A stretch of DNA of 62,406 bases, the filler included, from Sphacelaria rigidula (Eukaryota), in assembly GCA_964200075.2 (NCBI GenBank). It is 7 parts of 7 records of this genome, joined end to end, with 100 filler letters (N's around TTAATTAATTAA, not from the genome) between each part and the next. Parts side by side here need not be neighbours in the genome. Positions count along the whole stretch, not along the records: positions 44,649 to 53,477 come from CAXNAA020010005.1; positions 53,578 to 62,406 come from CAXNAA020010006.1; 5 more parts are not named here. The stretch is one strand, 5' to 3'. Under the pieces are notes generated by a model. It saw only the letters and a program-made list of their open reading frames with translations, did no database searches and had not been told where the DNA came from. The position numbers were made by a program, and so were the translations under genes. This document shows positions 50,701 to 62,406 of this stretch, one piece after another (the first letter of the stretch is position 1; every line of letters begins with the position of its first letter).

Positions 50701-52685
50701 GGCGTGTTCATCTGGAGGCGCTCAGGGAGTTGAAAAAAATAACAGATAAACCCCCCCCCCCGATTACCTGACATTCATGAAGGGTCATGTCGGTCTCAAA
50801 CATTTCAGGTGACAATATGCCGATTCACCGAAAAATGGTCCACCGCGGCGCTCAAAGTGTTTCATATTTTTCCCCTTTGACCACCAGGATAGATCATCTG
50901 TTTAGCGGGCGATTGTCGCATAAGCAACGAGTGAAAGATCCAGCTAGATGAACCAACCCGGCGGTCAAACCTAGCGCTTTGTTGAGGAAAGTCGCCATGG
51001 TCGAGGGTTGGTCGCTCTTGGTTGAGCAAGGCAATGAAGCAGTGAAGAATGATTACATGTCAGGAATGTGCGTATTTAGGATGACTCCGGTCGCCGAGAT
51101 GCATGCTAACACATGTATGTATCTGCAGGTACGCCTGCAAAGACTCAGGTTCCTGGTCGTCGGCGTTCCTCAGGGAACCTACTCGCATTGAGTGTGCTGG
51201 TATCACTGCGTAAACAGGGCCCGCAAACGGCTATGAATGTGCATTCGTCCCGAAAATGACCTACCACCACTGAAAACAAAATCCATATTTGAAATATTCC
51301 TTTTGGATCTCACACCCCAATCTTTGAAGAACGTATATTTAATCATAAAAAAAAGAGCAAATATTAATTGCATATACTTACCGTATGAGGGCAAAAGAGA
51401 AGAGTTTTTCTGTTCTGCTTATATTGTTTATATCCGATTTTTGCTCCATGTACACCATTGATTTCCTAGGGAAATGACAACTGACACCATTCTGTCACCG
51501 TCTGAGACTACAACCAAATAATTGTCATACAACCTACAAGTATTGTTAAACGGATCTGTACAGATAATCTTGGCCCACCCGTGTCCCCCCCGATAGCTTT
51601 CGTTGTCAACACAGTGCCTCTTGATTCGCGACTTGTCAAGAACCGAAATACGGTATGAGCCGGGTACCAGTATCTTCGCGCTGTTGGGAGAAACGTGCAC
51701 TTACTCTCAGGGCAATTTGAGCGAGAACTCAGTTATACCCACTCCTTGAAAAAAAAAAGCTACCTGCCGCCTCAGGTCAAGTTTGGTGCGCGGGCATCAA
51801 CAACGTGAAATGTTGGAAGTGCTTGCCGGGGAGATCAGAACGAATGGAGTACCCCGTCGTGGCTATCAAACATTTCAGAAGATTCTTTGTCATGATACGG
51901 TTTTCTACCGCTATTCAACGTGTATAGCCCCGGGGACATATTTTTTGTAGCGGTCGGTGGACTCAGCTCGTACGTTTCTTGAGTTCGTACGTCCGAGCCC
52001 TCCTGTGTCAGTGCGAGCATCGACTAAACTACGGCAACCGACGAGAATAGATCGGACGACATCTCCGTCCTTCGTATCCTGGCGTTTCGTTGGTGTTCAT
52101 GCCGCGCAACACTGGACCTGGGGTAACGCCTCCTTCTGCGCCGTCAACTGTTTCTGCATTCATCGAAGAAGAAAAAACAGCGTTAGTTTCCACGACCACT
52201 ACATAGCACAGTCAGTGAGTACACTTGTCTGTTGGCGCAGATATTTCGAGCGCACCACAGATGGGCACGGATGTAGACCACAGATGGGCACGGATGTGCT
52301 GTAGCAGCGCGGCCTCGGCGATGAAAAGAAGATGAGCTCTGGGCCAGTTTTACATGGTAAAAAACCCCACCGGTACACTGGACTTACAATTCTATTTTAC
52401 TGAAGTCACGTTCAAGTGTCGGAGGAAATGTTGAAACATCAGTCAAGTCTTGATTTCTCGTACTTGGCTAGTAGCAAGCCCGTTCGTTGCCTTGGACCCA
52501 CATGTACCGATTCGAACGGGCAGTGCAAAGTATGTACACTCTATGTTGAAAAAAGATAACGCTCAAAACATTGGAGTGTGGGACGATTTACTCACAAACA
52601 CCCAAAATATGTACGAGATATAGGAAGTCGACAAATGAAGATACTCGTTTGGCATCGCATTCTGAATGATAAATCTCAAAATCTC

Positions 52686-53038
52686 GTTGCCCCGGTGGCT
52701 CGGTTAGTAACCTCAAAACCTTGTGGCGATTGGGTCGAGGGTTCGAATCTCGGAGCGGTCTGGGATCTGTTTCTCACGCACTGCCCGACAGTGGAGAGCG
52801 ACTATGTCATGGGTACCTAAAATTCGACTTAACGGTCGACGAGGGAAAGGGACTGCTGGACCCCTCTCGCGATAAAAAATATAAAAGCAAGCACCGCAGA
52901 AGGAAGGTGGAAAACAAAACAAAAAATTCCTGTGTTGGCCTTATTCCTCCTGTATGACCCGGCTGGTACCCCCACATATACCGAAAGGTGTGCAGCAGAC
53001 GGGCGTCCAGAATAGATGGGATGACAACACACACACAC
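52686..53038 (+). mobile_element. tRNA-derived SINE, full length
   Basis: A-box-like TGGCTCGGTTAG, B-box GGTTCGAATC, conserved body and short (CA)n tail; colinear with 17293-17718. Confidence 0.82.
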
Positions 53039-53477
53039 CGCGCGAACTGTTCCTCAGCCAGCGAAGCGTAGTCGACCCGTCGCACTACCATGTACAGAAC
53101 AGCCCTTAAGCTGAACGATGCAAAGGACATGGCAATCTCATGGTGTGCTCCATTTTATCTTGGCTCACGACACAAACGCTGCGGTCTTGTGTCGCAATAT
53201 CCCCTCCTCAAAGCTGTTTCCCGCTTGCCGGCGGTCAGAATGGTACGTCAACATTAATTTGCGCCGATTGTGTGAGATCCAACCCGAGCAGTAGAGTTTT
53301 CTCTTGTTTCGTTTCCCGTCCTCCGACGTCATGAAAACGAGAGTTTACAAAAATTACACGGTGAATACCGACGGACGGCGGGAGTGGCCATTATCCAATG
53401 CTCGAAACCAAAGTGCAAGGCAAGTTGGGCCTGGAGAGAGAGAGGAGAGGGGGGAGGAGTGGGGGGGGGGGGGGGGG

Positions 53478-53577
53478 NNNNNNNNNNNNNNNNNNNNNNN
53501 NNNNNNNNNNNNNNNNNNNNNTTAATTAATTAANNNNNNNNNNNNNNNNNNNNNNNNNNNNNNNNNNNNNNNNNNNN
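53478..53577. other. Artificial contig linker
   Basis: N-TTAATTAATTAA-N, 100 bp. Confidence 0.97.
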
Positions 53578-53859
53578 CTCGACTTCTAGAATTCGCTGGG
53601 GAAATCACCCGCACAAATCACCCGCTCGCTAGGGAAAACATCCGTACTAACCACCCGCTATTCTCGAAGTCTCTTTTTCTCGAACTCCTATTCCTGGAAC
53701 GTACTTCGCAAAGTCTCGTGTCTACTGGTGAGTCTACCTAATTGGCAGAGTACAGTGTATACTACGTACTCCTCAACACCTTTGTGACCTTGGATGTTTA
53801 CATTTTTTTGCATCCCACGTTTCGCTTTCAATAAATTGATTCAACGGTAATCAGGATTA

Positions 53860-54480
53860 CATGCCATGAACCTCCTCACCCCCCCCTCTTATCCCCTTTG
53901 TTTGGGCGCACCCATCTATGGGGTATCGGGGAAGGTGTCTCAGGAGGCATGGCCCGAAACGCTCCAAATCGGCAAAGTAGGCCAGGGTCAGAGGCATGGG
54001 GCTACGCAGGGCACTGTTCTGTTTCTGCTGTATGCAATTATTATTCGCAAAAATGATACGTAGGTATTGACTCATCTGTACAATAGTAAAATCCGTTGAT
54101 AAAGCCTGCAAGGGGTCGTGGAGAAACCGCATTCACCTAGACTCTGATATGTATTTATAGCATTCACAACGTTTTCTTAGGTCCCGCTGCCGACGTTTTG
54201 CCCATCCCCATTCAATCAGGAAGCAATGGAGGGTGCGATGGAGAGATGATCGCTCCTCCCTGACTGAAGAGGGCACACGTGCCCGCAAAAAGTAGGAACC
54301 GGTCCATCATATATGATTGAGGTCTTCTCTTCGAGGAAGACTGCGAAATTCCCGACAAAAAAACAAGTGTGGTAGTGCGCGGTAAGCGAGAATGGCCACC
54401 AACTGTCCACCACGACTCCATCACCAGTGGGTACAGCAGCAACGCAACCCGGCATTTTTCCGAAGTTCACCGTGATATTG
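53860..54480 (-). pseudogene. Decayed hAT-like transposase fragment
   Basis: Frameshifted fragments in hAT order: GVVVDSW...VGNFAVFLEE, then TIVQM..ANNNC, then VPCVAHASD/LAYFADL (CxxH). CACCCGC x3 near 53607-53658 resembles subterminal repeats. Confidence 0.5.
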
Positions 54481-55424
54481 GCCGAGCGTTTGTTGAAACT
54501 CAGCTGGGGAAGTGAATTGGGTGACCACGAGCGAAGGAAAATTGACTATTCCAAGTTGAGTCACTCTTGACGCGTTGGATTTTTATTCTTAATATATTTT
54601 AATGTACACGCGTCTTGACAAATTTGATGTTGGTCATCAGACGTCAAGTTGGATGCGGTGTAACGTCACCAGCACCCTGAAGTACAAAGGGCATGTGAAG
54701 GACACAGGCGGAGGACAAAGTCATACTTCGTGAGACACGCTATGCACATAACTTACAGTAGTCATTGCTGGGAGCCACGAATTTGGAACCTTTTGTCGAT
54801 GGGTGTATATCATATGATTTTTTCGACGATGGCATTTCCTTCTCCTCCCCACCCCTCCTTCCTTCGTACCACCCCGCGCACCAAGTATACACAGTCGACA
54901 AAGACCAAGAAAGCGAAGAAGACGAAGGTAATTAATAAAGCCGCCGTGACTGAAGCAAACAGGAACCTAGGACCCAACCCCACGAGATTTCTCATGCTCC
55001 TCTTCGTCAACACGTTCGTTATACAGTTTCGCAACTACTTCCTTTCCCCCACGCGGATAGTGCCGCGGTCAGGTTGTTTTTTGCCGTCGTGTGCTTTCAG
55101 GCGTTTCCGCAGGCATTGTAACCGAGGCTCGTTAAGAAGCTGATCGCCGACAGAGGTTTTAAGAGAAAGACAAACACGATTTTAGAGTACCCTGAGTTAC
55201 GTCGGTGTGGACGAAACATGATTCCAGGCACCCATGAATGTACCGAAAAATATTTGAGGGGCAGGGGGGGTACGTAAACAAGTATCGAACCTCGAGTTGT
55301 GTGTAGTTCGAGGTGTGTTTTTTTACGTCCATGATGCGTTTTTTTGACTTCTTGACTCTTCGCACGAAATGAATCGCACGGTCCCGAAACGGGCGGTGGT
55401 CTGTTCCCGCTTCCCACCCGTGAT

Positions 55425-57190
55425 CCATGAATCATGAAGCATAGGCACATGATTTCCACCTTACCTTCATAGAGCTACGGCATGAATCACGTGTACATGT
55501 TCCCCACTTTCCCTTGATCCGGCATGGATCAAGGGTACATCTCTCTTTTGATCATGAATCCTGAATTATGGGTGCATTCTTCTCACCTTGCCTTCATATG
55601 GGATGAATCGCGAATACACATTTATCCCCTTTGATTCATGCGGGACGAAGCATAGGTGCATGTTTCCCACCCTTCATTCCACGCTTAGGACAAATCACGA
55701 TTTATACGAGTTGACTCCCCATGACATGGGGAGATTCAACCATATACCGACTGTTGGTCCCGCATTAACCCGACGTGGATAACATATGTAGTGCAGTCAT
55801 CTCAACCGCATTGCGGATGGGAGAAAAGTACGCCTGATACGAAGCCCATAAAATGAGAGGATTCAACCATGTTCCGACTCTTCGTCTTCGCATGACTCAC
55901 ACATGTCATACATGTACATGCCGATCACGCCTCATGGAATTAAGAGTGGGATCTTATACAACCGATATATTTCCACATTTTGTACAGAGGATTGATATAT
56001 GCCAAGGATTTACCCATTGTGAACGGGAGGTAGGAAGCAAGTGTATTTGACGGTGTAATGCACCAGTCACGACCTCAAAACCTGTATGAATTACAGTTGA
56101 CGTACGAATGTCATGATTTATTCGTTGAAATGATGAATGTGGGTTGACTTACGATTTTATTTGTCCTAATCGTGCTTCATTCATCAAGAATGAATCACGG
56201 GAACATATTCATTCTATTGAGTTTATGCAGTACAAATAATGAATACACGTGTCCTACCCTTTAATTCATACGGCATGAATCATGAGTACATATTCCTCCC
56301 CTTTATTCCATACGGCATGAATCATGTGTACCTGTTTCTCTCACTCAAGAAATTCCTGCAGGACGAATCGTGGGAACATATTTCTCCCCATAAGTCCATG
56401 CGAGATGGATCACATGACGAATCATGGGTACATATTCTCCCCATCAGTTCATGCGGCATGAGTCATCGGTACATGTTACCCACCCTTTAGTTCATGCGGG
56501 ATGGACCATGAGTACATATTACTCCTCGTTAGTTCATGCGAGATGAATCATGGGTACAGTAGTGGGCGGTCTAGCTGTTCATTTTGAGGCATTTTGTGAT
56601 TTCTTCGTAATCGGCAATTTTCTTGGACTCATTTCGCTTGCCGCCGCTTATCGTATTGGGGATCTGAAGAAGTTTGAATCCGCTCCAGATTCCAAGAAAA
56701 AAACATCATCTGTACTCATTATTGAGTGACTTACGGGCTGACCGGTTATCGGGGATCCTGCGACGTTTCAGCCCAGATTCTTACTCTTCGGTATTTTCGG
56801 TCGATTGCGCCTGTCCCGATCATATTTCTAAAAAAATGTGCAGTTTTATTTTCTTGAAATTCTGCCTAATCAGTGCACTGGCGCCGAAAAACTGTGTTTC
56901 ACGGTCAATAGCACCCTCCTGATGAACGGCATTTTTACTCGTTTCGCCCGATAACACCAACTAGCACTGACATGGGCACTGTGTGTTGAGGATAAACTGT
57001 TTGTTGAACCAAAATCTACCGACGCCAGCAATTTCGAGGTCTGTCGAAGAGTAGTACGCAAGGAAAATCCCCAAAACCCCGCTGAATAGTTAGACCACCC
57101 ACTACTGAACATATTTCTTACCTTTCATTCATGCAGGATGAATCATAGGTAAGTGTTTCTCACCAGTGATCCGTACATGAACCATGATTT
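55425..57190. repeat. Degenerate ~39-bp minisatellite in three blocks (55425-55700, 56180-56556, 57108-57190)
   Basis: Unit approximates ATGAATCATGGGTACATATTCCTCCCCTTTAGTTCATGCGG. Confidence 0.8.
56557..57107. mobile_element. MITE (Tc1/mariner-type) inserted in the minisatellite
   Basis: TA|CAGTAGTGGGCGGTCTAGCTGTTCA ... TGAATAGTTAGACCACCCACTACTG: 25-bp TIRs with 3 mismatches that split the unit GGGTA^CATATT. Confidence 0.85.
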
Positions 57191-57267
57191 GTACGTAGGG
57201 TCCAACCCTGACTCGTGTTTCACAACCTGGAGTGCACACATTCCCAGTCCTTGATTCGTACGGTATC

Positions 57268-57682
57268 ACACGCGTCCATTTGGCTATACCCCCCAAAATC
57301 CCTCCAGACGAAAATTGATCCCTCCAGAGAAGTCAAGTTTGTCCGCGAGGTGCTTAATTCCTCTGGAGTGGTCAAAATTGAGGTGAAAAATTGACCCCGT
57401 CAGAGAGATTAAACCCCACTAGAGGAATTAGTGACCTCTGGAGAGATTTCATATTTTGTTGGATCTTCCAAAGTGCACATAACCCCGTTAGGGGCCCGTT
57501 AGGGGGGCTCCATCTCCTTACCTCTAGAGTGATCTTGTGTGGGTTATTCCTCTAGCGGCGTTCAATCCCCGTGGAAGGGTTCACTATTCAGCCTCTGGAG
57601 GCATTGTATTTCTTTTCTGCCTCTAACAGGGTCAATTTTCGTGTGGAGGGATTTCTGAGGGGGTAGCCAAATGGCCGCGTGT
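57268..57682. mobile_element. MITE with ~55-bp imperfect TIRs
   Basis: ACACGCGTCCATTTGGCTA..AATCCCTCCAGACGAAAATTGA versus TCAATTTTCGTGTGGAGGGATT..TAGCCAAATGGCCGCGTGT. Confidence 0.8.
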
Positions 57683-58021
57683 TATGTTCAATAAGGTCAT
57701 ATCACGCTGTCATATCAACCTGCCTATTAAAGTGTTGTTGAGCACTAGGCAGAGGCACTAGCAGCATGCAGTAAATTACGTTCAGTGGAGAGCGATGTCA
57801 CTCTTATACTGTATCTTGCCGTTGTATCCAATGAAGACAGACATCACCCATACAAACCGACTCTGCACGCATGTGACTGCAGGATCAGAACTGATACGGC
57901 GTTCTCCGGGACTGTTTTTTAAGTAGACGACAAATATCCACATGATCATGAAAAAGGGGAGGTTTGTTCAGAAAGAAGCAAACCGTCGTTTATTGCAAAT
58001 ATCGAATTGGCCAAAGAGGCG

Positions 58022-58137
58022 TTTATTAGTTCAGCCGCTCTTTTAGGGTCACGGAGGAACAGTCAAATAGTCAGCCTCCTTTTTATTATTTCAGTCGCTT
58101 TTTGAGGGTCACGGAGGAACAGTTGGATAGTCAGCCC
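58022..58137. repeat. ~61-bp tandem duplication upstream of the YR retroelement ORFs
   Basis: TTTATTA.TTCAG.CGCT.TTT.AGGGTCACGGAGGAACAGT...ATAGTCAGCC present twice. Confidence 0.8.
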
Positions 58138-58367
58138 CAAGCGTTCACTTTGCGGGAAAGTCCACGGATAGTCAAAACAAGGAAACGCAAATCAGCGTAG
58201 GTTGGAAACACAAAAAATGGACAGAGAGAGCATAGAAGGAGCTGGGCCAGTTCGACAGGGGTCAACAAGTTTTATCGATTAGGTGCGCCTTTTTGGGAGG
58301 GGGCCGAAACTAGGGGTGCGGGCCTCGCCTCGAGGCGGGGCCAACCTCGGACCAGCACGCGGTTTCC

Positions 58368-60627
58368 GTGGAAGGCGAGCAGGGGGGAGGACCGAGGTCG
58401 GCGTTGAGCGAGCAACAAGGTGTGGCTGGGGATGTGGAAGAATGTGCGGTAGCGCTAAAACGGTTAGCGCGCTCAGCCGACCCTCAATCAACCTATACAG
58501 CACTCCATAATGTAGCAGCAAAAAGCCAACGTTTTTTGGAAGACAAAAGCGGTTCGTTTAGCAGTATGCTTGAAATTCTGACTGTATTGCCCGTTCCCCG
58601 CGTTGATGTATCTCTGATTCGGCGTTGGTTTGGCGAAGTGAAAGAGTTTCCCGACATAGATCTGTTGGTGCAGATTGTCAGTATCGGGGCACCGTTTGCG
58701 GTATGTGGGCGGGGAGATTTAGTTGCGGCGCTCCAATATGGAAACCATAGTTCTGTCAGACCATATTCTTTGGAAATTTTGGCAAAAATTGTAGAGGATG
58801 TATTACTTGGGAGAGCATTTGTTTTTCCACGTCACGCAGCTGCTGCTATTCCAAGTCTTCGCGTATCACCTATGACGGTCGCTGTCTCCCCTTCAAAGGT
58901 TCACATTTGTCATGATTTGTCTAACGCTGTGTCTGGAAACAGTGTAAACGAAGATACTGATACATCGGCGGTACCGGAGTGTAAAATAGGACATGTGTTC
59001 CGCAATGTGGCGTGGCGAATTTTGTACCTTCACGGAAAATTCGTTGCCAATGTCGGAACAGCTCCCCCCCCGAATTCTGCTGGCCAAAATGGATACCAAG
59101 AGTGCGTTCCGTCAAATTCAAGGCGATGTGGATAAGGCGCCGACGTTTGGGCACGTGTTCGAGGAATTTGTAATAATAGACCGGTGTCTTCAGCTTGGAT
59201 GGACTAGTTCGCTCGCGTTGTGGAGGGCGGGCGCGGCAGCTGTCCAGCACGCGCACAACAACACGACTTTCCAAAACGCAGGAGTCACAGAGGAAGGCCG
59301 TGCAGCCGCTAGACATGTACGCGTAGAGCCACCTCGAACCGACGAGGTGCGCGCCGAGTTGCCACGAGATTATGTTCATCCCCCGGGTGTGGGCGGGGGA
59401 CTGCGCGACAAGTTTTGGGTAGAGACGTTTGTGGATGACGCGCTGTTCATGGAGGCGGAGAGTTTCTTGGCAGGCAGACGGTGTCTTCGCGCTACCCGGT
59501 CCTTTGCTTCAGACATTTTTCGTTTGTTTGGTTGTCGTCGGGAAACTGGAATGCCTCCGTTGTTTGCGCGCGAAAAAACGACGTCGTGGGACACTCGCGT
59601 GGAAATGTTAGGATGGACGATTGACACAGTGACGATGACCATTTCCGTCCCACAGTGCAAGATTGAGAATCTGCGGGGCAATTTAGACCAATGGCCAGTA
59701 GACAGGAAGGAAGCGTCGGTTAAGGAAGTGCGATCGTTGGTGGGAAAGCTTCTGCACTTGTGTGAGGTCGTGAGACCGGGAAAGGTTTTCGTGCGGCGTA
59801 TTCTAAATCAACTAGGTCAAGCGCCATTCACGGCAGGCGAAGCGGCGGACATAGGATTCGTAGCAAGGCGCGCACAGCGCCGGGGATGCGTTCGGCTGGG
59901 TCCAGAATTCCATGATGACCTGGCTTTTTGGAGGTTGATTTTGGATATGGCTACAGGGGTAGATGGTGTGGCTCGGTTAGAAGAACCTCTGTGGTGCTGT
60001 TTTCTGTAGCTCCCAAGCTTGAAAATCATTAGCGATGCCAGCGGGGATGCCATGGGAGGATACTGTTTGGAAACCGGGAAATGGTGAAGGATAGATTTCA
60101 CTCCGGATGTACGTGCACGCCTCCGTACCCGTGTGCTTTCTAGAGACGATTTGTTGATGAACGTTTTCGAGCTGCTGGCTATGATTGTGACGGCGTGGGC
60201 GTTGACTGTGCATGCTGGGGAACGACCGGAGTACCCCGGGAAGAGTATCTTGATGCGAGGGGACAACATGAGCGCTGGTCACTGGGTAAACAAATGTAGG
60301 GGGGCGAAAGAGCCACGGTCGGGGGCGCTCATGCGAATGATGGGCGTGTTGGAAATGCGAAACGGGTGGCGGTTCCGTGCGAAACACATCAAAGGGGTAG
60401 CAAATACTCTTGCCGATGGTATCTCGAGGTGGGACCGTGCTGACATTGCTCGTAACTTGCACTCTTTTCGGCCCGACAATTGTTGACAGGAGCAGCGGCT
60501 CGGGCAAGAAGCTCTGGACCTTACTTTCGCGGTCTTGGCATCGAGCTCGTCGGAAAGTCAATTGCGGCTTCGTCTAACGAAATTACGAGGTGGGTTTCCG
60601 GTATTCGTGTCTCTTTCGCGGGTTGAT
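58368..60627 (+). pseudogene. Reverse transcriptase-RNase H of the YR retroelement
   Basis: RT motifs RVSP..ICHDLS, KMDTKSAFRQ, LQLGWTSS, FVDD, MLGW. RNase H motifs SDASG, NVFELLA, GDN, HIKGVANTLADGISR. Frameshift at the C-run near 59065 and in-frame stops at 60007, ~60085 and 60484. Confidence 0.88.
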
Positions 60628-60757
60628 AGGCCGGAATAAGTCTTTCGGCGCCGACGCATCGGTCGAAGAGATGACTTGGGATTTGGTCGATTTTGCGGCG
60701 TGGTGTTTCGATTCCTAAGGAAACGTAGCTAGTACGATATCGGGCAAGTTTGCGGCG

Positions 60758-61651
60758 GTGCAGTATTTTCATAGGATGGAGGTACAAGTAGAAGTCGCCA
60801 CCACGTCTCCGGTGTTGAAGTGTGCGGTAAAAGGGATTGCGAGATCGCATGCTGACACAGGCACGTGCCGTCGAACTCGCCTTCCGGTCACATGGCAGAT
60901 GTTGTCGGACGGAGAATGTTTGATCCCATCGTGGGGCGTTGGGGGAAAGGTGATTTGGCTTTACTTGAGCTTGAGCTATTTTCTGCTCACACGGTCGGAC
61001 GATATGTTTGCGAGTACGTCGGGGGTGGTACATTCAGTACATTGTCTTACACGTAGGGACGTGGCGTTTTTTTCAGAGGATACCCAGCTGGAGTATTTGC
61101 AGTGGCGCCAGGCTGACAGGATAGAGATACATTTCCTGGGCGACAAAGGGGATCAGGAGCAGAGGGGCGAAGTAAGGGTTTGTACGCGAGAAGAAGTTCG
61201 TGGTCCGCATGCGGGGTACAGAGCAGACGGTGGTGCAGTTGCTCTGATGTTGGATTTGTTGTCATGCTACGCGACATTGCCCGCAGACGCTCCACTATCT
61301 TCTTACCGCTATGGTTGGGGAATCAAAGTATGGAAGTACAACGAGGCACTTCGAGCGTTGAGAGAGGTAGTCGAGAAGTCGGGTCGCGACCCGAAAGACT
61401 TTGCTTTACACTCGTTGAGGATCGGAGGGACATCCACTGTGGTAGCAGGGGGAGAAATATCAGATCGAGTAGCGCGGAGGGAAGGAAGGTGGAAGTCAGA
61501 TGCATACAAGGCGTACACTGTAAACAACATAGAAGACTCGCGACGAGTATCGCGCATTCTTGGAGATAAGAAAAGGGGGGCTAGTAGACAACCAGGGGAA
61601 GGAACTGTGTGGGGGAGTTACAAGAAGAGGCGGCGAATTCCGATGCAGTGA
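60758..61651 (+). CDS. Tyrosine recombinase of the retroelement (N-terminus disrupted upstream)
   Basis: Catalytic motifs LLTRSDDM (R), HSLRIGG (HxxR) and GRWKSDAYKAY (W, Y). Confidence 0.88.
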   Translation: MQYFHRMEVQVEVATTSPVLKCAVKGIARSHADTGTCRRTRLPVTWQMLSDGECLIPSWGVGGKVIWLYLSLSYFLLTRSDDMFASTSGVVHSVHCLTRRDVAFFSEDTQLEYLQWRQADRIEIHFLGDKGDQEQRGEVRVCTREEVRGPHAGYRADGGAVALMLDLLSCYATLPADAPLSSYRYGWGIKVWKYNEALRALREVVEKSGRDPKDFALHSLRIGGTSTVVAGGEISDRVARREGRWKSDAYKAYTVNNIEDSRRVSRILGDKKRGASRQPGEGTVWGSYKKRRRIPMQ

Positions 61652-61929
61652 AAAACTCCACGACCTCGATATGGGTGAAGGAATGGTAGAGTACCATTTG
61701 GGGAGTTGGTCGTTTGAGATTTTCACGTACATTAGGAGCGTTTACGTGTCCCCCTGGTTGTTCTAAGGGAGAGAGAGAGACAGTTTTCATGAGCAGAGAC
61801 ACGATAGTCCATGACAGAAGGGTTTAGAAATCGTGCCCTGCAAGCAGTCGTCTCTCTCCCTCTCTCTTGCCTTCGGGCCCGAAAATATTAATGAAAAAGG
61901 CAGTTCGAAAGAAATGCAATAAAGTCGCT

Positions 61930-62272
61930 GGCTTCGTCATTTCATGTCTTCGTTATGGCTGTGTTCTGCTGGGTCAAAGAAAGTAGTGCTTAGCTTCGCC
62001 GCACATGTTTATGCCAGCATGGCTATGTTCTGGTAGGTTGAAGAAAACATTGGTTAGCTTCGCCATTTCATGTCGATGCCCGGGCTGTGTTACGGTAGAT
62101 TGAAGAGAATAGTGGTTAGCTTCGTCCTTTCATGTCGATGTCATGGCTGTGTTCTGGTAACTTGAAGGGGAAAATGTTCAGCTTCGCTATTTCATGTCGA
62201 TGTCCGGGCTGTGTTCTGCGGGTCAAAAGAGGAAAGTAATAAGCTTCGTCATTTCATGTCTTTGTCCGGGCT
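61930..62272. repeat. ~63-bp minisatellite, about 5.5 copies
   Basis: AGCTTCGTCATTTCATGTCGATGTCCGGGCTGTGTTCTGGTAG.. recurs. Confidence 0.85.
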
Positions 62273-62406
62273 GCCTGCTCATTTTGGGTGCCGCCAATGG
62301 TTTGATGCGCTTTTACACCGCATCTATTATGTTCTGACACCCACTCTCCCTGCCCCTCCCCTCGAGCCATATCCTCCCTACCAACTCGACGTCCCGGCGG
62401 CAGTCC

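Larger units (their letters stand above)
58368..61651 (+). mobile_element. Tyrosine-recombinase retrotransposon (DIRS/Ngaro-like), decayed
   Basis: RT followed by RNase H and then a tyrosine recombinase on the same strand; no DDE integrase or protease. Confidence 0.9.

Noticed and set aside
54263..54290. CTGAAGA-GGGCAC/GTGCCC stem resembling a hammerhead ribozyme core
   Set aside because: The stem is followed by GCAAA rather than GAAA, and I found no stems I/III or cleavage triplet.
61930..62272. Regularly spaced repeats resembling a CRISPR array (also 55425-57190)
   Set aside because: Whole units are homologous with no unique spacers, no cas genes are present and the context is eukaryotic; these are minisatellites.

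Overview
Eukaryotic genomic DNA, most likely from a brown alga (Phaeophyceae), inferred from an EsV-1-7 repeat gene, long GT-AG introns and repeat content. The window is not contiguous. It is seven unrelated contigs of 8830, 8830, 8830, 8829, 8829, 8829 and 8829 bp joined by artificial 100-bp N-TTAATTAATTAA-N linkers, so no synteny can be read across the gaps. Spliced genes were reconstructed by hand with consistent intron phases: a partial Hook-family coiled-coil adaptor, the 5' ends of TRAPPC13 and katanin p80 (divergent), the 3' part of a signal peptide peptidase, an EsV-1-7 repeat protein, and a complete RPL10 that hosts an intronic box C/D snoRNA candidate. Mobile DNA includes a young gag-only LTR retrotransposon with intact TSDs, a decayed DIRS/Ngaro-type tyrosine-recombinase retroelement, decayed Tc1/IS630-like and hAT-like transposases, a tRNA-derived SINE family, several MITE/foldback elements (one carrying TTAGGG repeats) and minisatellites. 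I cannot demonstrate a wholly new biological system. The best leads are the RPL10 intronic RNAs, the non-autonomous LTR element with an atypical primer site, and the telomere-repeat MITE.
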